Source: Octopus sinensis
Lineage: Eukaryota
Assembly: GCF_006345805.1 (NCBI RefSeq)
Contig: NC_043000.1
Location: forward strand, 163,928,001 to 163,992,000
Length of the DNA stretch: 64,000 nucleotides
Direction: 5' to 3'
The notes under the pieces are model-generated. The model had not been told where the DNA came from. It saw only the letters and a list, made by a program, of their open reading frames with translations, and made no database searches. Below, piece by piece: positions 27,474-42,185 of this stretch; position 1 is the first letter of the stretch; every line of letters starts with the position of its first letter. The translations under genes and the position numbers were made by a program.

Positions 27474-27993
27474 TACCTTTGGATATCCTTGTTGCTTATT
27501 TTGATTATATATATATATATATATATAATATAACAAGAAGTAAATTATAAATTACGTTTCTTTCGATTGAAAAAGACGAATATATATAGGACTGCAGGAA
27601 AGAAGTGCTCAAATAATATTGAGCCAGGAACACATATCAATAATATTATGTAAAAATCAATATAGTCGCAGTCCACGACTATATCGACTTTTACATTTTA
27701 TATATAATTTTCATACTTGGGTAAAATTTTATTATATATACTTTTCTCTTTAAATTTTAACTTACTGTAATAATCATTTTTAGATAACTTCTAGTCGATT
27801 TTTATATGCGTTTTCTGGGAATGTTCTGTGTATTTTATATTTTTTGTATATGATTTTTACCTGGTGTTTTTTTTTTTACATTTGAAAGTCATGGTATCAT
27901 TTATATGTAATGAAGTGTAGAAGCGTAGATATATAAAGTTCGTTAACCTGAATTCAATATTTGTTCTTAAATTATATACGCACACAGACACAA

Positions 27994-28059
<66 letters not shown>

Positions 28060-28102
28060 TATATATATATAATATATATAATATATATATATATATAATA
28101 TA

Positions 28103-28145
<43 letters not shown>

Positions 28146-28151
28146 CATAAG

Positions 28152-28288
28152 CGCAGGAGTGGCTGTGTGGTAAGAAGCTTGCTTCACAATCACATGGTTC
28201 CGGGTTCAGTCCCACTGCGTGGCAACTTGGGCAAGTGTCTCCTATTCTAGCCTCAGGCTGACCAAAGACTTGTGAGTGGATTTCGTAG
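28152..28288 (+). mobile_element. SINE B, 3' side fused to the Tx1 fragment
   Basis: gcgcaggagtggctgtgtggtaagaagcttgc...gtgagtggatttcgtag. Confidence 0.8.
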
Positions 28289-28289
28289 T

Positions 28290-29786
28290 CCATTTACGCG
28301 AATTACTAAACGGATGCCTCTGTACAAAGCAGCTATCCATCTGCAGAAGACGGGAGCAAAACCAGCCGCTCTGAGGACACCCTCCAAGTATCGATGGTCT
28401 ACCCTATCGAAAGCTTTGGATTGATCTAAGTTGATCAGGGACCCACCCATGCCAGGTTCCTTAACTACCCTGTGTATGAAGTAGCGCATCAGATTGAGGT
28501 TGTCATGGATGGTCCGGCCCGGCACGGTGCACGTTTGCGCCTTGTCGACCAGTTTCTCGATGACAAGCGCCAGCCTCTTTGCTAACACCTTGGCCAAAAT
28601 TTTCAAGTCTGCATTAAGCAGAGTGATGGGCCTAAAGTTATCTATTATGTCCCCCTTCTTTGGATCTTTCTTCAGCCACGTTACGGCTCTTCGGCTAACA
28701 AAACCGGGGATGCTCCCGTTTTGCTGGCAGTTGCAGTACACTGCTGCCGAGACGTCTCCAAACAAGTCTGGCATACAACTGTAAAGCTCGTAGGGTAGAC
28801 CATCAAAACCTGGTGATTTGTCCCTCGAGCATTCTGCCATCGCGCCCTGTACTTCCGTCGCCGTGATAGCACCTTCGCAGCACCCTACCTCTCTTGTTGT
28901 GAGTCGTGGTAGGCTGTGTAGGTAGGCACTGAAGTTCACCCTGCGTTCTCGCTCGCCACTCGTCCCGAACAGTCGAGCAAAATGCTGTTGAAAGGCCTCA
29001 TACATTTTACTTGGCTCGAGTAATTCGCGCCCCTATTCATGGTGGCTTTGTTGCCCTGTTGCGCCTCTGCCACCCGGGTCTCTCGCACGGCTCCAACACC
29101 TTCGTTCCTTAGAGCACGCATCCTAGCTATGACAAGGCACCCTTCGTGTTTAGCGTTGAAGTGTTGGTCGAGGGCCTGTGTCTTATCCAAGTCTAGCGTA
29201 CACGTCACAAGTTTGTGATCCGTGTAGCTGACTATGTTGAAATGTGGACACCCTACGCTCTCTCTATCTACTATCCTACACAGTATCCTATCTACGTAGA
29301 TACGTTCACGACGACCCGACTCGGTTGCTCCATGTCAACGTTGGTGCATTCGGGTGGTCGAGTCGGTACCTGTCAGACAGTTGAAAGCGTCTGAGCAAGT
29401 CTCTGAGGCATTTACATCCCCGTCTATTCCTATCTCTGCCCATGTAGTCTACATGTGTCCAAGGTAGCATTGCAACCCCCCACTAAAAATAAGGGACAAG
29501 ACGTTCCTCGGGATACTTCTAGACGTCGAAAGAAATCCCACCGACCTTCTAATGGCGGTGCATAGACTGATACGAGTCGAAAAGCGCACCCATTGCTGCC
29601 GTCGACATCCAGGACCCCCAGTCTACCCTCCGGGTATACGAATATTGTCTTTACTTCGAGATCCAGACTCTTGCAAAAAAGTACCATGGTGCCACTACCG
29701 CCCATTCTCGGCAGACAAGGAGAAAAATAAATGTTAAAATGTCTGTGATGAGAAAAGACAGGATCAACTGGTGTGATCACGTGAGC
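28290..29786 (-). mobile_element. Tx1/L1-clade LINE ORF2 fragment (APE + RT N-terminal half), pseudogenised
   Basis: 29430-29780: GRLGVLDV..FRLVSVYAP..FFRRL..LVGGCNATLD (APE). 28253-29005: KSPGFDGLPYE, FRPITLLNADLKILAKVLAKRL, LDQSKAFDRVDH (RT). 5' end abuts (GATA)n; 3' side is fused to a SINE at about 28288. Confidence 0.9.
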
Positions 29787-29790
29787 GTGT

Positions 29791-29868
<78 letters not shown>

Positions 29869-29869
29869 G

Positions 29870-29920
<51 letters not shown>

Positions 29921-29921
29921 G

Positions 29922-29992
<71 letters not shown>

Positions 29993-30012
29993 GAGAGAGA
30001 TAGATAGAGAGA

Positions 30013-30044
<32 letters not shown>

Positions 30045-30055
30045 TAGATGGATGG
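29787..30055. repeat. (GATA)n tract
   Basis: Directly visible; others at 10468-10650, 24098-24200, 26619-26739, 36052-36134 and 45195-45400. Confidence 0.97.
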
Positions 30056-30144
30056 ATACTTACAGTGTTTAATAAAATGAAGTAGCATGAAACTACTCTA
30101 CCTCGGATATACTTGTTGCTTATTTTTATATATATATATATATA

Positions 30145-30305
30145 GGACCGGGCTTCTTTCAGTTTTCATCTGCCAAATCCACTCACAAGGGTTTGGTTGG
30201 CCCACGGTTATATTAGAAGATACTTTCCCAAGTCACGTTGCGGTGAGACTGAAGCTAAGACCACGTGACTGGTAAGCAAGCTTCTTACTACGCAGCCGCA
30301 TCTCC
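30145..30305 (-). mobile_element. SINE B
   Basis: Family consensus on the minus strand. Confidence 0.72.
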
Positions 30306-30695
30306 GCCAAACAGTAGCAATAAAAAGTGCATAACATACAAATAATTACATTTGCATTACATACGAAATGATTAAATTATATATTATGTACTTTATTATG
30401 TTTTGTTAAGCGCTTGATCCCCTGGCCTGGGAATCAAAATATCTTGCATTGAAAACTATCCGTGGTACAAAAAAGGTTTGGAACCGCTGCTTTATGTGGT
30501 CACGTAAATTGCAAGAAATAGCAGCCATAAATCCCTTGGATCATGTTTTTAGCTATCAAAAAATTACGAGGAACATATTGGATACATAGCATAATCCCGT
30601 ATAGATTGTCTGACAAGATGGGATGATATCGGACGAAAAGCTTTGATCACATACAAAGCTAGGGCTAAACAATAATAATAATAATAATAATAATG

Positions 30696-30774
<79 letters not shown>

Positions 30775-30775
<1 letters not shown>

Positions 30776-33110
30776 GGCATGACAAGATCCCCAACTTCTG
30801 GTTGAAATATCTAACAGGAATGCACAAAAAGCTGGCTGAAAACTTTAACAACGTACTAGCAGAGCCAGAGACAATGCCTGAATGGCTCACGAAGGGGAAA
30901 ACCATCTTAATTCCCAAATCAAATGAAACAGAAAAACCAGAAAACTACAGACCATAACCTGCCTCCCTACTATGTTCAAGGCATTTACTGCAGTGATATC
31001 ACAAAGGCTGAACAAGCACCTGGACGAAAACAAACTGTTCCCAGAAGAGCAGAAAGGATGCCGCAAAGGCTCATATGACTGTAAAGATCAACTAATGATT
31101 AATAAAGCCATAACTGAAGACAGCCACAGAAAGAAGAAAGGCCTCAGTATGGCCTGGATTGACTACAAAAAGGCGTTTGATAGCATCCCCCACACACTAG
31201 CCATTAACAAAGTAGCACCAACAATCATAAAATTCATAGACTACTCTATGAATAAATGGCAAACAGTCCTACACCTCCAAACAAAAGAGGGACTCATGAA
31301 AACCAAAGACATCCCCATTAGAAGAGGAATATTCCAGGGAGATACGCTCTCTCCACTCCTTTTCTGCTTGGCACTGTCACCTCTATCTGATATGCTAAAT
31401 AGAACTGGATGCGGATATAAATGTTACGGCAAAACGATCAGCCACCTTTTATATATGGATGACCTAAAACTATACGCTGCAAATGACAAACAGCTGGAAA
31501 CACATATTAAAGACAGTTCATGGATTTACAAAGAAATAGATATGAAATTGGATTAGAAAAATGCGCCAAAGTAACCATGAAAAGAGGAAAACTAGTTAAG
31601 AGTAACAACATCACACTAGATGAAGCAAATGAAATAAAAGAATTAGACCAAAGCCAAACTTACAAATACTTAGGAATCCATGAACTAGATAAGACACAAC
31701 ACACACAAATGAAAGAGAAAATAAAAAAAGAATATTATAGACGAGTTAGATCAATACTAAACACAGAGCTCAATGCTAAAAACAAGATAATAGGTATCAA
31801 CACTTTAGCTGTCCCAGTTATAGTTACAGCTACAATATCCTTAACGACACGAAATGAACTGACCAAAATAGACGGAAAACAAGAAAAATAATGACAGGAT
31901 CTAGGATGCATCACCCAAAATCTGACATAGAAAGACTATATATACAACGTATAGAAGGTGGTAGAGGCCTTATACAGCTGGAAAACTAATATAAAATAAC
32001 CACCATAGGACTGCAAAAATATCTACTTCAGAAGGAAGGAAAACTGATCCAGATAGCGGCAAAACACGAGCAAAACAAAAAAATGTTCTCAGTATTAAGG
32101 AAGCTGACAAATACAAACAAGAAATCATACCACCTAATAAACATGAAGAAGAAGAAGAAGATGAGAAGAAACAACAAAAGCTATTAAAAAAATGAAATCC
32201 AAACTAAAAATAGAACAGCAACGAACCATGATAAAACGATGGCAGAGAAAAGCCCCTTCATGGTAAATACGGACTAAACTAAACGCAAAAGAAATAGACA
32301 AAGAAATTCCCAGCAATGGTTGAGAAGCTCAGGACTCAAAGCAGAAACAGAGGGATTTTTAATTGCAGCACAAGACCAAAGCCTCCCCACCAGAAATTAC
32401 CAAAAACATGTAATGAAAAGAAATATTACAAGTAACTGCAGAATATGTGGAGATGGCACAGAAACAATAAATCATATTATCTCTAGCTGCCCAGTCCTGG
32501 CTAAGAAGGAATATATTCACAGACATGACAGAGTTGGAACTTACATACATTGGAAGCTATGCCAACATTATGGAATAACAACAGAAAAAAGATGGATAGG
32601 CACACCAGAAAGGTCACAGAAAACGAGAAAGCAACCATACTCTGGGATATGCCGATACACAGATAGAGAAAATAAGGCCAACAGACCAGATATAGTTGTC
32701 AGAGACCATGAGAAAAAAAAAATGCTTTCTAATTGATGATCAGTACCGGCAGATGACAACATGTCTCTAAAAGAATGGAGAGAAACTCTCAAAATACAAG
32801 ACCTGGAAATAGAGGGGTAACTAGAATGTGGAATCTGAAAACAGAAACCAATTCCTATCATAGTAGGCAATGATAAAAAAATATTCAGACAAATACATAA
32901 CAAAAACACACCAGGACTTACAAACACATATATAACATACAGAAAATTGCCACTACTAGGCACTGCACACATCCTACGCAGAACACTTTCATACAATAAC
33001 CATCAGAGCATCACAAAAAAATCACAGCACATAACCAAGGCACACAGAGCTGCGCTCGGTAGTGAAATGTGAAATGAAAAGCCGCTATAAAAATAAAAAT
33101 AAAACTACTG
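30775..33110 (+). mobile_element. R4/Dong-like LINE family 2, 5'-truncated frameshifted copy flanked by (AAT)n
   Basis: ORF pieces 30972-31556 (AWIDYKKAFDS, GIFQGDTLSP, LLYMDDLK), 31520-31891 and 32320-32736 (CRICGDGTETINHIISSC, RHD, NRPDIV); (AAT)n at 30669-30774 and 33111-33184. Confidence 0.92.
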
Positions 33111-33127
33111 AATAATAATAAAATAAT

Positions 33128-33184
<57 letters not shown>

Positions 33185-33456
33185 GTTGTCCACCTCTAAC
33201 TAGTTATTCCTCTTCCATGTTGGTAATGAAGAAGGACAAGCGAATCCTCCTTCAGCTATCATCGTTACTACCATCATTATTACCCGATCCAATAGAAAAA
33301 CCACTATGTGGCCGCTTAAACTAATAGAAACAGCAGTCAAATCTCACTTAAACAACACCATATCGTCTTTAAAGGTAAAAGAATGTTGGTTAATGATGGG
33401 TCGATAGAGACGATGATATTCTTTTACAGTAAAAGGTGTGATACAGACAGCGGCGA

Positions 33457-33546
33457 CAGCGGCGGCACCAGAGGCGGTGAAATAGGCAGCGGCGGCACCA
33501 GAGGCGGTGAAATAGGCAGCGGCGGCACCAGAGGCGGTGAAATAGG
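33457..33546. repeat. 3 x 30-bp GC-rich minisatellite
   Basis: cagcggcggcaccagaggcggtgaaatagg three times, exact. Confidence 0.95.
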
Positions 33547-33919
33547 CAGCGGCAGCGGCGGTAGAGGCGGCATCGGTGCTAGCGGCGGCATCGGCGGTAG
33601 TGGCTGCAGCGATGGCCCATGGCGGCAATGGCGACAGCGGCGGCGGCAGTTGCGGCATTAAGTAGGAATCCCTGTTAGCTGAAAATTATGATTTTGTTTG
33701 TTCTAGACATCGTTCCATTTCTATGCTATAACAGGGTAGATATTCTATAATACATTTCTTTTATAACTGTTATATCTCACAGCAATATGTGTACTTTATA
33801 CTACCCATGTGTCCCTTTAATATATGTGATCTTACAAATTTACTCATAGAAATGGTTTTAGAAGCACGGAGGCGCTTGATGTAATAATATATGTAAGTAT
33901 ATATGGTCCGAAAGTATTA

Positions 33920-34075
33920 AAAAAAACACACACAAAGACGAGGTGAAAGAACAACAAGATTTATTAGTTTAGCACCCACGACAAATGGAAGAAGTCATTG
34001 ATGTTTCGGGCCTATGCTCTTCTACAGAAATGATAGGCGATGAGAAAAAGAAAATGTGTCTGAATCAAATGGCCG
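33920..34075 (-). mobile_element. Second copy of the minimal-HHR repeat (motif 33995-34033)
   Basis: Minus strand: tcattt CTGTAGA A GAGC atag GCCC GAAAC ATC aatga. Confidence 0.5.
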
Positions 34076-34123
34076 AGGCATGCTGGAATGTAAGTATATG
34101 TATGTATACACACACACACACAC

Positions 34124-34162
<39 letters not shown>

Positions 34163-34232
34163 CATACATATACTATGATGCACATTTTATGTATGTGTGT
34201 ACGTATGTATGTACGCGTTTAAATATATATAC

Positions 34233-34263
<31 letters not shown>

Positions 34264-34592
34264 AAGACAGAAAGAAAGAAAGAGAGAGAGAGGGGGAGAT
34301 ATACAAGTATGCATACACATTCACATACAACATGTGTAGACACATAATACTTGCATATACCCAGTGATACAATATACATACACTATTTTCATAGATGCAC
34401 ATCACCAAAACAAACAAGCATACGTATACAAAAGTACATTAGCACCTGCACACGTGATGACTATGACGTCACATATACTGCTACTGCGGCGGCAACAATA
34501 ATGATGATGATGATGATGATTTGAAACCTCAGTAGGTGAGAGGGAATTTGCAACAGAGACAGAGCGAGGGAAATAGATAGATACGCAGACAG

Positions 34593-34632
<40 letters not shown>

Positions 34633-34886
34633 AGAGAGTGAAATATAGACAGACACAAAACAATAACAGGACAACAGTGAGGAAGATACTGCTGCGACAG
34701 GCGACATCTGGTTTCCTTCTGATGAAGCTTGTCTAATACTTTTATGAAACACATCGACCTTGCTCAACATCATCGTCCTCATTTTTATTATCATTGCCAT
34801 CGTTGTCGCCTTCATCATCATCATCATCACCAGCATTGTAATTTTTCATCATGACCACCACCACCATCATCATGATCATGATCATG

Positions 34887-34925
<39 letters not shown>

Positions 34926-35634
34926 GACAACAACAACAACAACAGTGACAACATTGTCGTTTATCATCACCGCCACAAACTTCACAGATACCATCATCAT
35001 TATCAGCAGCAGCACCAGCAACAACAACAGCAATTGGACTTGCTGCTTCATAATCGTCATGGAGACCCTAGTAAGTGTTATTACATAAGTCCTTTGTCAG
35101 GGTTATAGGAGTATCTCGGTATACTCCGAAGTGATATGACAGAAAACACTTATATATACCAACAATAACTTAACTTGGACTGCTTGGTTCTTGGTATGGC
35201 AATTTGACCCCAGGTCAACCCTGATACAACTCATATATGATCAAAACTATTTCAGTTGTGACCATCTCGGCATTTTTAGGACTATATAAGACATCATAAA
35301 CTAATGTTTCCTCTTCTTATTTAAGACTGTAAATTATGATTTAAAGGAGTTTTCATTGCTCTTTCTAATCGGCCGAGCGACCTTGTCAAGAGATCTTGAT
35401 GAAAGATGTCTTCCTACTAATATATAAGGCAACTTCCTCATGATGCACCTTAATTATGACACAGCTTACTTATGACACATCTTACTTATGATACATTTAA
35501 TGGTAATTCTTCGTTTATGCAGCTTACTTATTATGTACTTTACTTAGAATACGCTTCATTATAAGAAACCGTAGAAATACATATATGTATAAGTACACAT
35601 ATATATATATATATATATATAATTTTATTTTTAT

Positions 35635-35956
35635 TTATGCACCCCTTTCAAGCCTATCAAGGCTCATGGACCCGGTTTCCCGGTTCCTGTGGCGTATGTG
35701 TGTGTCCCCCCCCCCCCAGCTAGACGGGACGCCAGTCCATCGCAGCGTTACTCAAGAAACAGGAAGAAAGAGTGAGAGAAAATTGGGGCGAAAGAGTACA
35801 ACAGGAGTCGCCACCCACCCCCCGTCCCCATCCTGCCGGAGCCTCGTGGAGCTTTCGGTGTTTTCGCTCAATAAACACCACAACGCCCACTCTGGGAATC
35901 GAAACCACAATCCTCCGACGGCGATCCGCTGCCTTAACCACTGGGCCACTGCACCT

Positions 35957-35958
<2 letters not shown>
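35635..35958 (-). mobile_element. SINE D, tail type 1
   Basis: Same head and centre; tail gcgatggactggcgtcccgtc...gaaaccgggtccatgagc. Confidence 0.82.
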
Positions 35959-36003
<45 letters not shown>

Positions 36004-36049
36004 CACACATACACACGCATACAGCTAGCTAGCTAGCTAGCTAGCTAGC

Positions 36050-36134
<85 letters not shown>

Positions 36135-37559
36135 CAGAAACAGAAAATGAAATTCACGAGATTCTTTAAGAGACCAAGAATTCCTGAAATAAATCCAGTA
36201 GCATAGGCACTCCTACTGCTTCTGACATCAGATCGCCAAAAACTGAAGACGTGCTTTATACACCATCCTACAAGGTTTCTACCTGAATATAATTCAAATA
36301 TTTATATAAGTGTGTGTGTGTGTGTGTGTGTGTGCATGCAGACACACACACTCACGCACACCCCCTTACATACTGGCATACACACACACACACACATCGG
36401 GTTGATTTGTACATATGCATTGAAGCACAGATCTATGCATCAGTTCATTTAAATAGGCACCCCTATGTTTACATGTGGATGTGCATTTGTATACGCTAAT
36501 AATTGTAAGTATGCATCCGATATATATACACACACGAACTAGTATATAATATTAATAGAATATATTATGTTAATAGTCATGTTTATGCAAACATATATTT
36601 ATCTATATGCACACCAATATTTGCATGAATGTATCCCCGTGCATAATACGCCAAGTAGCTTCTGAATCATCTTCCTCTTAAATCATTTCATGGGTCATTA
36701 CCTTTTTATATTCTTCTCAAATTACTCTATCACAAAGTTAGTTAGGTGTAACTCGGTTTCACCGCTCATTCCAATTAAATTTTCACATCAAAAACTTCTG
36801 AATGCGTGGGTATATAATTAAAAGCATTGGAAATATTGGATCTTTACCTTTTGGCCGACAGATTTTAAAAATAATTTTTTGTAACTAAACACTTTCAAAC
36901 TTCGTATACTTGTAGAATGTGTCACATAAAACATCTTTTACTCTTGGCGTTGTTGGGAAAATTCTGTACTTTGGAAGCTATTTCTTGTTAAAGTTGTCGT
37001 ATTTCGGTAATTTTAACCAATCAATGACGTGTATTCAACTGAATAAAATTACTGCCGTTGTTTGTGAACAACAACTATCGGCAGTGTATATTTTGTTTTG
37101 TCACTGTTATTTATGACATATTTCTCTAATGCACGGACACCGAGTTCTTGCATGCAGGACAGTTTCGTCTAACTGCAAGCATCTCGAGCAGGTTCGGCTG
37201 TTGGCATTGATGATGATGATGATGTTCCTTTTTATTAGCCATAGGGATTTCACTCATAACGATTCTGCCACATTAGAAATATAATTGTGGCAGTGAGGTT
37301 AACAACTATTCGCAACCACGTGGCTCCAGATTCGATACCATTGCACGACATTCTGGGGAGGTTGACCAGTATCCTGCGCATAAAAAATTCGTTGACGAAA
37401 ACTATGCGGAAGCCTGTTATATATGAATGTATATGTGCATATGTGTAAACGGACTACATCATACATACATATATGTATATTCATGTATATATAGATGAGT
37501 ATGCATATGTGCGTGTGCGTATTATACATATATATATATATCGATATCCCTCTGTCCGA

Positions 37560-37760
37560 CATTCGCTATGATAGATCACTAACCACTAAACCTTTTTCTA
37601 TTTTCTCTCCCTGTTTATTTCTGTGTTCCTTTCTGCTAAAGAGCGCAGACTCGAAATGTAAAATACTTTCTCACTTCCCGAGCGTTAAACTAGTACATCT
37701 GTTTGTTGTTTACACATCCGTCTTTGTCTTTTTTATTTTTTCATAAATTCTCACTATATA
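37560..37760 (+). mobile_element. Third, degenerate copy of the minimal-HHR repeat
   Basis: ccttt ctgctaa agagcgcagactc gaaatgta aaata, with the same downstream flank as 5240-5368. Confidence 0.5.
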
Positions 37761-38010
37761 TAATATATATATATATATATAATAATATATAATATATATA
37801 TATATTTAACTAATAGGGTGAAAATTGAATATTAATTTGATTAATATCAATTTAAAACCAGTCGCCTAGTATATTGAAAAATCTGAAGATTCAGAAAACT
37901 TAGATTACATACATACGTATCTATGTAATACATATATACATACATACATACATACATATCCAACATACATACATATACTACATACATACATACATACATA
38001 CATACATAAT

Positions 38011-38090
<80 letters not shown>

Positions 38091-38492
38091 ATATAGTTCA
38101 TATATGAGAATCAGATATTCTACGGTGGAATACACTTAGTAGTGCTCAAAGGGTTAAACTTGAGCAGGTAGAGAAGTAAATGTAAGGACAAGCAAGTTAG
38201 GCTGGTCAATATACAAAGTATATTAATACATGAAATACAAAAAGTGAGGCTCATCTCATCCGACGATGGAACCAATCTACAAACATTATTGTGCACCACC
38301 GATGCCCCAGAAACAGCTGTTGGATTTGCAATACTTTTCTTCAACCTTTTTAACTTTTGATATTTCTATTCTGTGTAAGTCGGAACTTTGTATATGCAAA
38401 CATATATATACGTTCTTTGTATTTCATATATTTAATATACTTTGTATGCTGACCTGCCTATCTTTACATTTACTCATATATATATATATATA

Positions 38493-38543
<51 letters not shown>

Positions 38544-38544
38544 T

Positions 38545-38880
38545 GGACGCGCAAAGGCCCAGTGGTTAGGGTGTTGTGAGTGTTTTTGAGCAAAAAACAC
38601 CTAAATCTCCACAAGGCTCCGGCAGGGAGTGGTGGCGGACCCTGCTGTAATCTTTCACCACAATTTTCTCTCACTCTTTCTTCCTGTTTCTGTTGTACCT
38701 GTATTTCAAAGGGCCAGCCATGTCACACTCTGTGTCACGCTGAATCTCCTCGAGAACTACGTTAAGAGTACGCGTGTCTGTGGAATACTCAGCCACTTGC
38801 ACGCTAATTTCACGAGCAGACTGTTCTGATGATCGGATCAACTGGAACCCTCGTCGTAGTAACCGACGAAGTTCCATGAT
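38545..38880 (+). mobile_element. SINE D, tail type 2 (head partly deleted)
   Basis: Shared centre aacacctaaatctccac..ctctcactctttc, then an unrelated tail ending ccctcgtcgtagtaaccgacg. Confidence 0.78.
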
Positions 38881-41277
38881 ATATATGTGCGTGAGTATGT
38901 TCGTGTGAGTGTGTGTGTACGTGTGTGTGTGTGTGCGTGTGTATATGTGTGTGTGCATACATACATACACCACAAATACAAAGACATCTGGCAAAATCTT
39001 GAATGCTTACGCTAATTCATTTGCCGATCAATAACATTACACAATCTTCACGCATTCCTTGCCCCAGTGCAACCCCGTCCTCTTTGATGCTCCTCTGTCC
39101 CGGGAGTGGCAGCTTCTACTCTCGCCGTCATTAAGTTTTGTGCTTTTAGTTGAAATTCTTCCTATGTTGCTCAGTATTTATGTCCCCTTCACACACACTC
39201 TGCCAGATAGTAACATCCTAAGCAATTGTCTGCTTTCCCAACTGTATACATGTCCAAGTAGACAATATTAAGTCCTCGGTTTAACGAATTCTTCACATTT
39301 TATTTAACGTTTTGTGGACTACGATGTGTTGTCAAATCATTGTGCGATAGAAATATATTGCCGTAATAAAAGATGCTTTTAACCTGAATTCATAGTTCGT
39401 ATCAAATATAAACAATAATCGGAGGGATTTTTTATATATACACCAGACTGTAAGAGAAAATGAAACTAAAGAATTAACTCAACAGTTACAACACGGAAGA
39501 CAAGTTCCTAGAACAACAAAACTGTACAAGTTGCAGACAAGCCAGTGTGTCTTTCATATTGCAGTAGCAAGTTTGATCTCAATCAGAATCGAAACCAAAG
39601 CTACGACCGCACTATGGAGGCTGCAAGGCTTAATGCGTCAACGTCTCTGCATAGACTCTCGACCCCCAACACTAAGACCCGCAGTTTGGATACAAGGGTC
39701 TAACAAACCTCTACAAACTAATACAAATACACCTCTTGTTAACCCTTTCTATTGGTAATGTAGTGACTTTGTTTTTACCCTTTTGCAATATTTTAGCCAA
39801 CAACATTATTGTTCACCAATGTATGCCATGAAAAATTTTCAAAAGAGTTTTATACTTTTTCAACTTTCACTTTAATCTAATTAATCCTGTTATCTGAGAG
39901 ATCACTATAACCCTTCCATAATCTTTTAATGAAATACAGTGCTTACGTTTTCGTGTTAATTTTGAAAATAATTAACGATTTAGAATATAGTCAGTATTTT
40001 TTATTATTATTATTAAGCTGATGCATGGAGCATAACTTTACAATGGCGCGATCTTTTAATCTAGACACTTTAACAGAAGATGTTTCGTATCCTAGAAACA
40101 GAAGCGGCTTCAGGTGGGCTGGTACGAGAGAGAGAAACCCTTTCAGCATGCTGAAGGATAAATAATTTCAACAGCATTTCCTCTTTCCAGTTTCGGTTTT
40201 GGAAACAGTAATTAAAAGTTTACGGGTTTAGATAACGAAGGAGCCAAACCCAATTTTATCTAAAGAAACACTCCTTATCGTTCACCACCTTTTCCGCTTC
40301 GACGCCGTTGTTTGAAGACAAATAATGTCCGACTACCAGCAGTAAGCAGCGTAATCCCCTCCCCACGATTTGTGCGGTAATGCCTCCATGCCTGTTCCGC
40401 TAATGTTTTTCTTTTTTCTCTTACTTAATTTTTACTGTAAAATATGAAGGGTTTGACAAAGGCGTTAGTGTGTGAAGTAATTCAAATTTTGCTTCTTAGT
40501 AGTTCCCAGGTTGAAGAATTAACCGAATGGTTGTTGGTTCGTATCTCGTCAGCGATGCTTTACCGGTATATATAACTTTAGACTGATCATAATGAGTGTT
40601 GTCGCATAAGGCCTGTTGCAATATTACGTTTATAGAAGTATCCAGACATACTATGTAGTTATAGGACAGAAAGAATATTTTGTGTAACAATAGTAACCAA
40701 CTTAGTTTCCTGGTTACTAGTATTGTTATTTATCTCCAAGTTAACCTCGCATGTTCATATCAAAATTAAAAGATCGCATTAAACTCTAAACATCAACTTA
40801 ATAACCAAAAATTACTATATTTACTAATTCTTTTTAAATTGTTGCTTATTTGCGAAATTAATTGGAAAATGTAAGCATAGTATTTCATTAAAAAAATTAT
40901 GAGCGGATTATATCGTGAACAGAATTAACTGACATGTTCAAAGAGGACGCTAAATAGAGAGCTGCCAGAAAAAATGCCACAAGGATTTCCTCTGCTGCTC
41001 TAATAATTCCGTCAAACTTGAAAGACTTGAAAGACTCCGAAAGACTTGAAACTTCAAATCGGGTAGCAGGAACAAATACCGTAAGTCATTTTCTCCTGCG
41101 TTCTAACGACCCATGCCATGTATAAACTGACTTAAATCGTCACCTGCAATTTCAATACTCCATATGGACGCGAGCTATGATAAATAATCTTAAACTGCTG
41201 CTCTATCTTACCACTTCTATCACAAACCAACGAGAGAAAAAACCTGACCGAATTAGCAGTTAAATCTCGTTCATTCT

Positions 41278-41749
41278 ACATCCTACTATATTCTTTTCTA
41301 CTCTAGGCACAAGGCTCAAAATTTGGGGGGAGTGGGGGGCAGTCAATTTGATCGACCCCTGTACGCAGTTGGTACTAAATTTATCGACCCTGGAGGGATA
41401 AGAGTCAAAGTCGACCTCGGCGGAATTTGAACTCAGAACGTAAAGACAGACGAAATACACTAAGCATTTCACCCGGCGTGCTAACGATTCTGCCAGCTCG
41501 CCGCCCACATCCTACTATATTCTTTTATACTCTAGGTACAAGGCCCAAAATTTTGGGGGTGGCGACCAGTCGATTAGATCGACCTCAGTACGCAACTGCT
41601 ACTTAATTTATCAACCCCGAAAGGATGAAAGGCAAAGTCGACCTTAGCAGAATTTAAACTCAGAACGTAACGGCAGACGAAATACTGCTAAGCATTTCGA
41701 CCGGTATGCTAACGTTTCTACCAACTCGCCGACCACATCTTACTCTATT
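41278..41749 (-). mobile_element. Two tandem SINE A copies with three copies of a 15-bp target sequence
   Basis: acatcctactatatt at 41278 and 41507, and a 2-mismatch version at 41735. Confidence 0.85.
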
Positions 41750-41791
41750 AAATAAACGACACATCTACAAATTAGTTCTTATATATATAGT

Positions 41792-41827
<36 letters not shown>

Positions 41828-41859
41828 ATATACATATATATTATATATATATATATATG

Positions 41860-41897
<38 letters not shown>

Positions 41898-41981
41898 TAT
41901 AATAATATATATATCTACATAAATATTATATATATATATTATATTAATATATATATATATATATATATATAATTATATATG

Positions 41982-42026
<45 letters not shown>

Positions 42027-42116
42027 TATATATATATATATATGTATATGCTATATATTATATATATTATATATGTGTATATATTATATATATATATATA
42101 TGTGCATATATTATAT

Positions 42117-42185
<69 letters not shown>

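Larger units (their letters stand above)
26740..27509. mobile_element. Fold-back element, second HHR family (about 190-bp inverted arms)
   Basis: 26817 to about 27006 is the reverse complement of about 27330-27509; the left arm has an extra 77-bp tail; (GATA)n and (AT)n flanks. Confidence 0.82.

Noticed and set aside
34715-34760. CTGATGA...GAAAC as a hammerhead
   Set aside because: No complementary stem I or stem III and no NUH in register
38821-38860. CTGATGA in a SINE D tail as a hammerhead
   Set aside because: Followed by GGAAC rather than GAAA, and no stem I
39740-40140. piggyBac-like MITE (ttaaccctt start) with an inverted relative at about 40760-40910
   Set aside because: The right terminus and TTAA TSD could not be confirmed; too decayed to call
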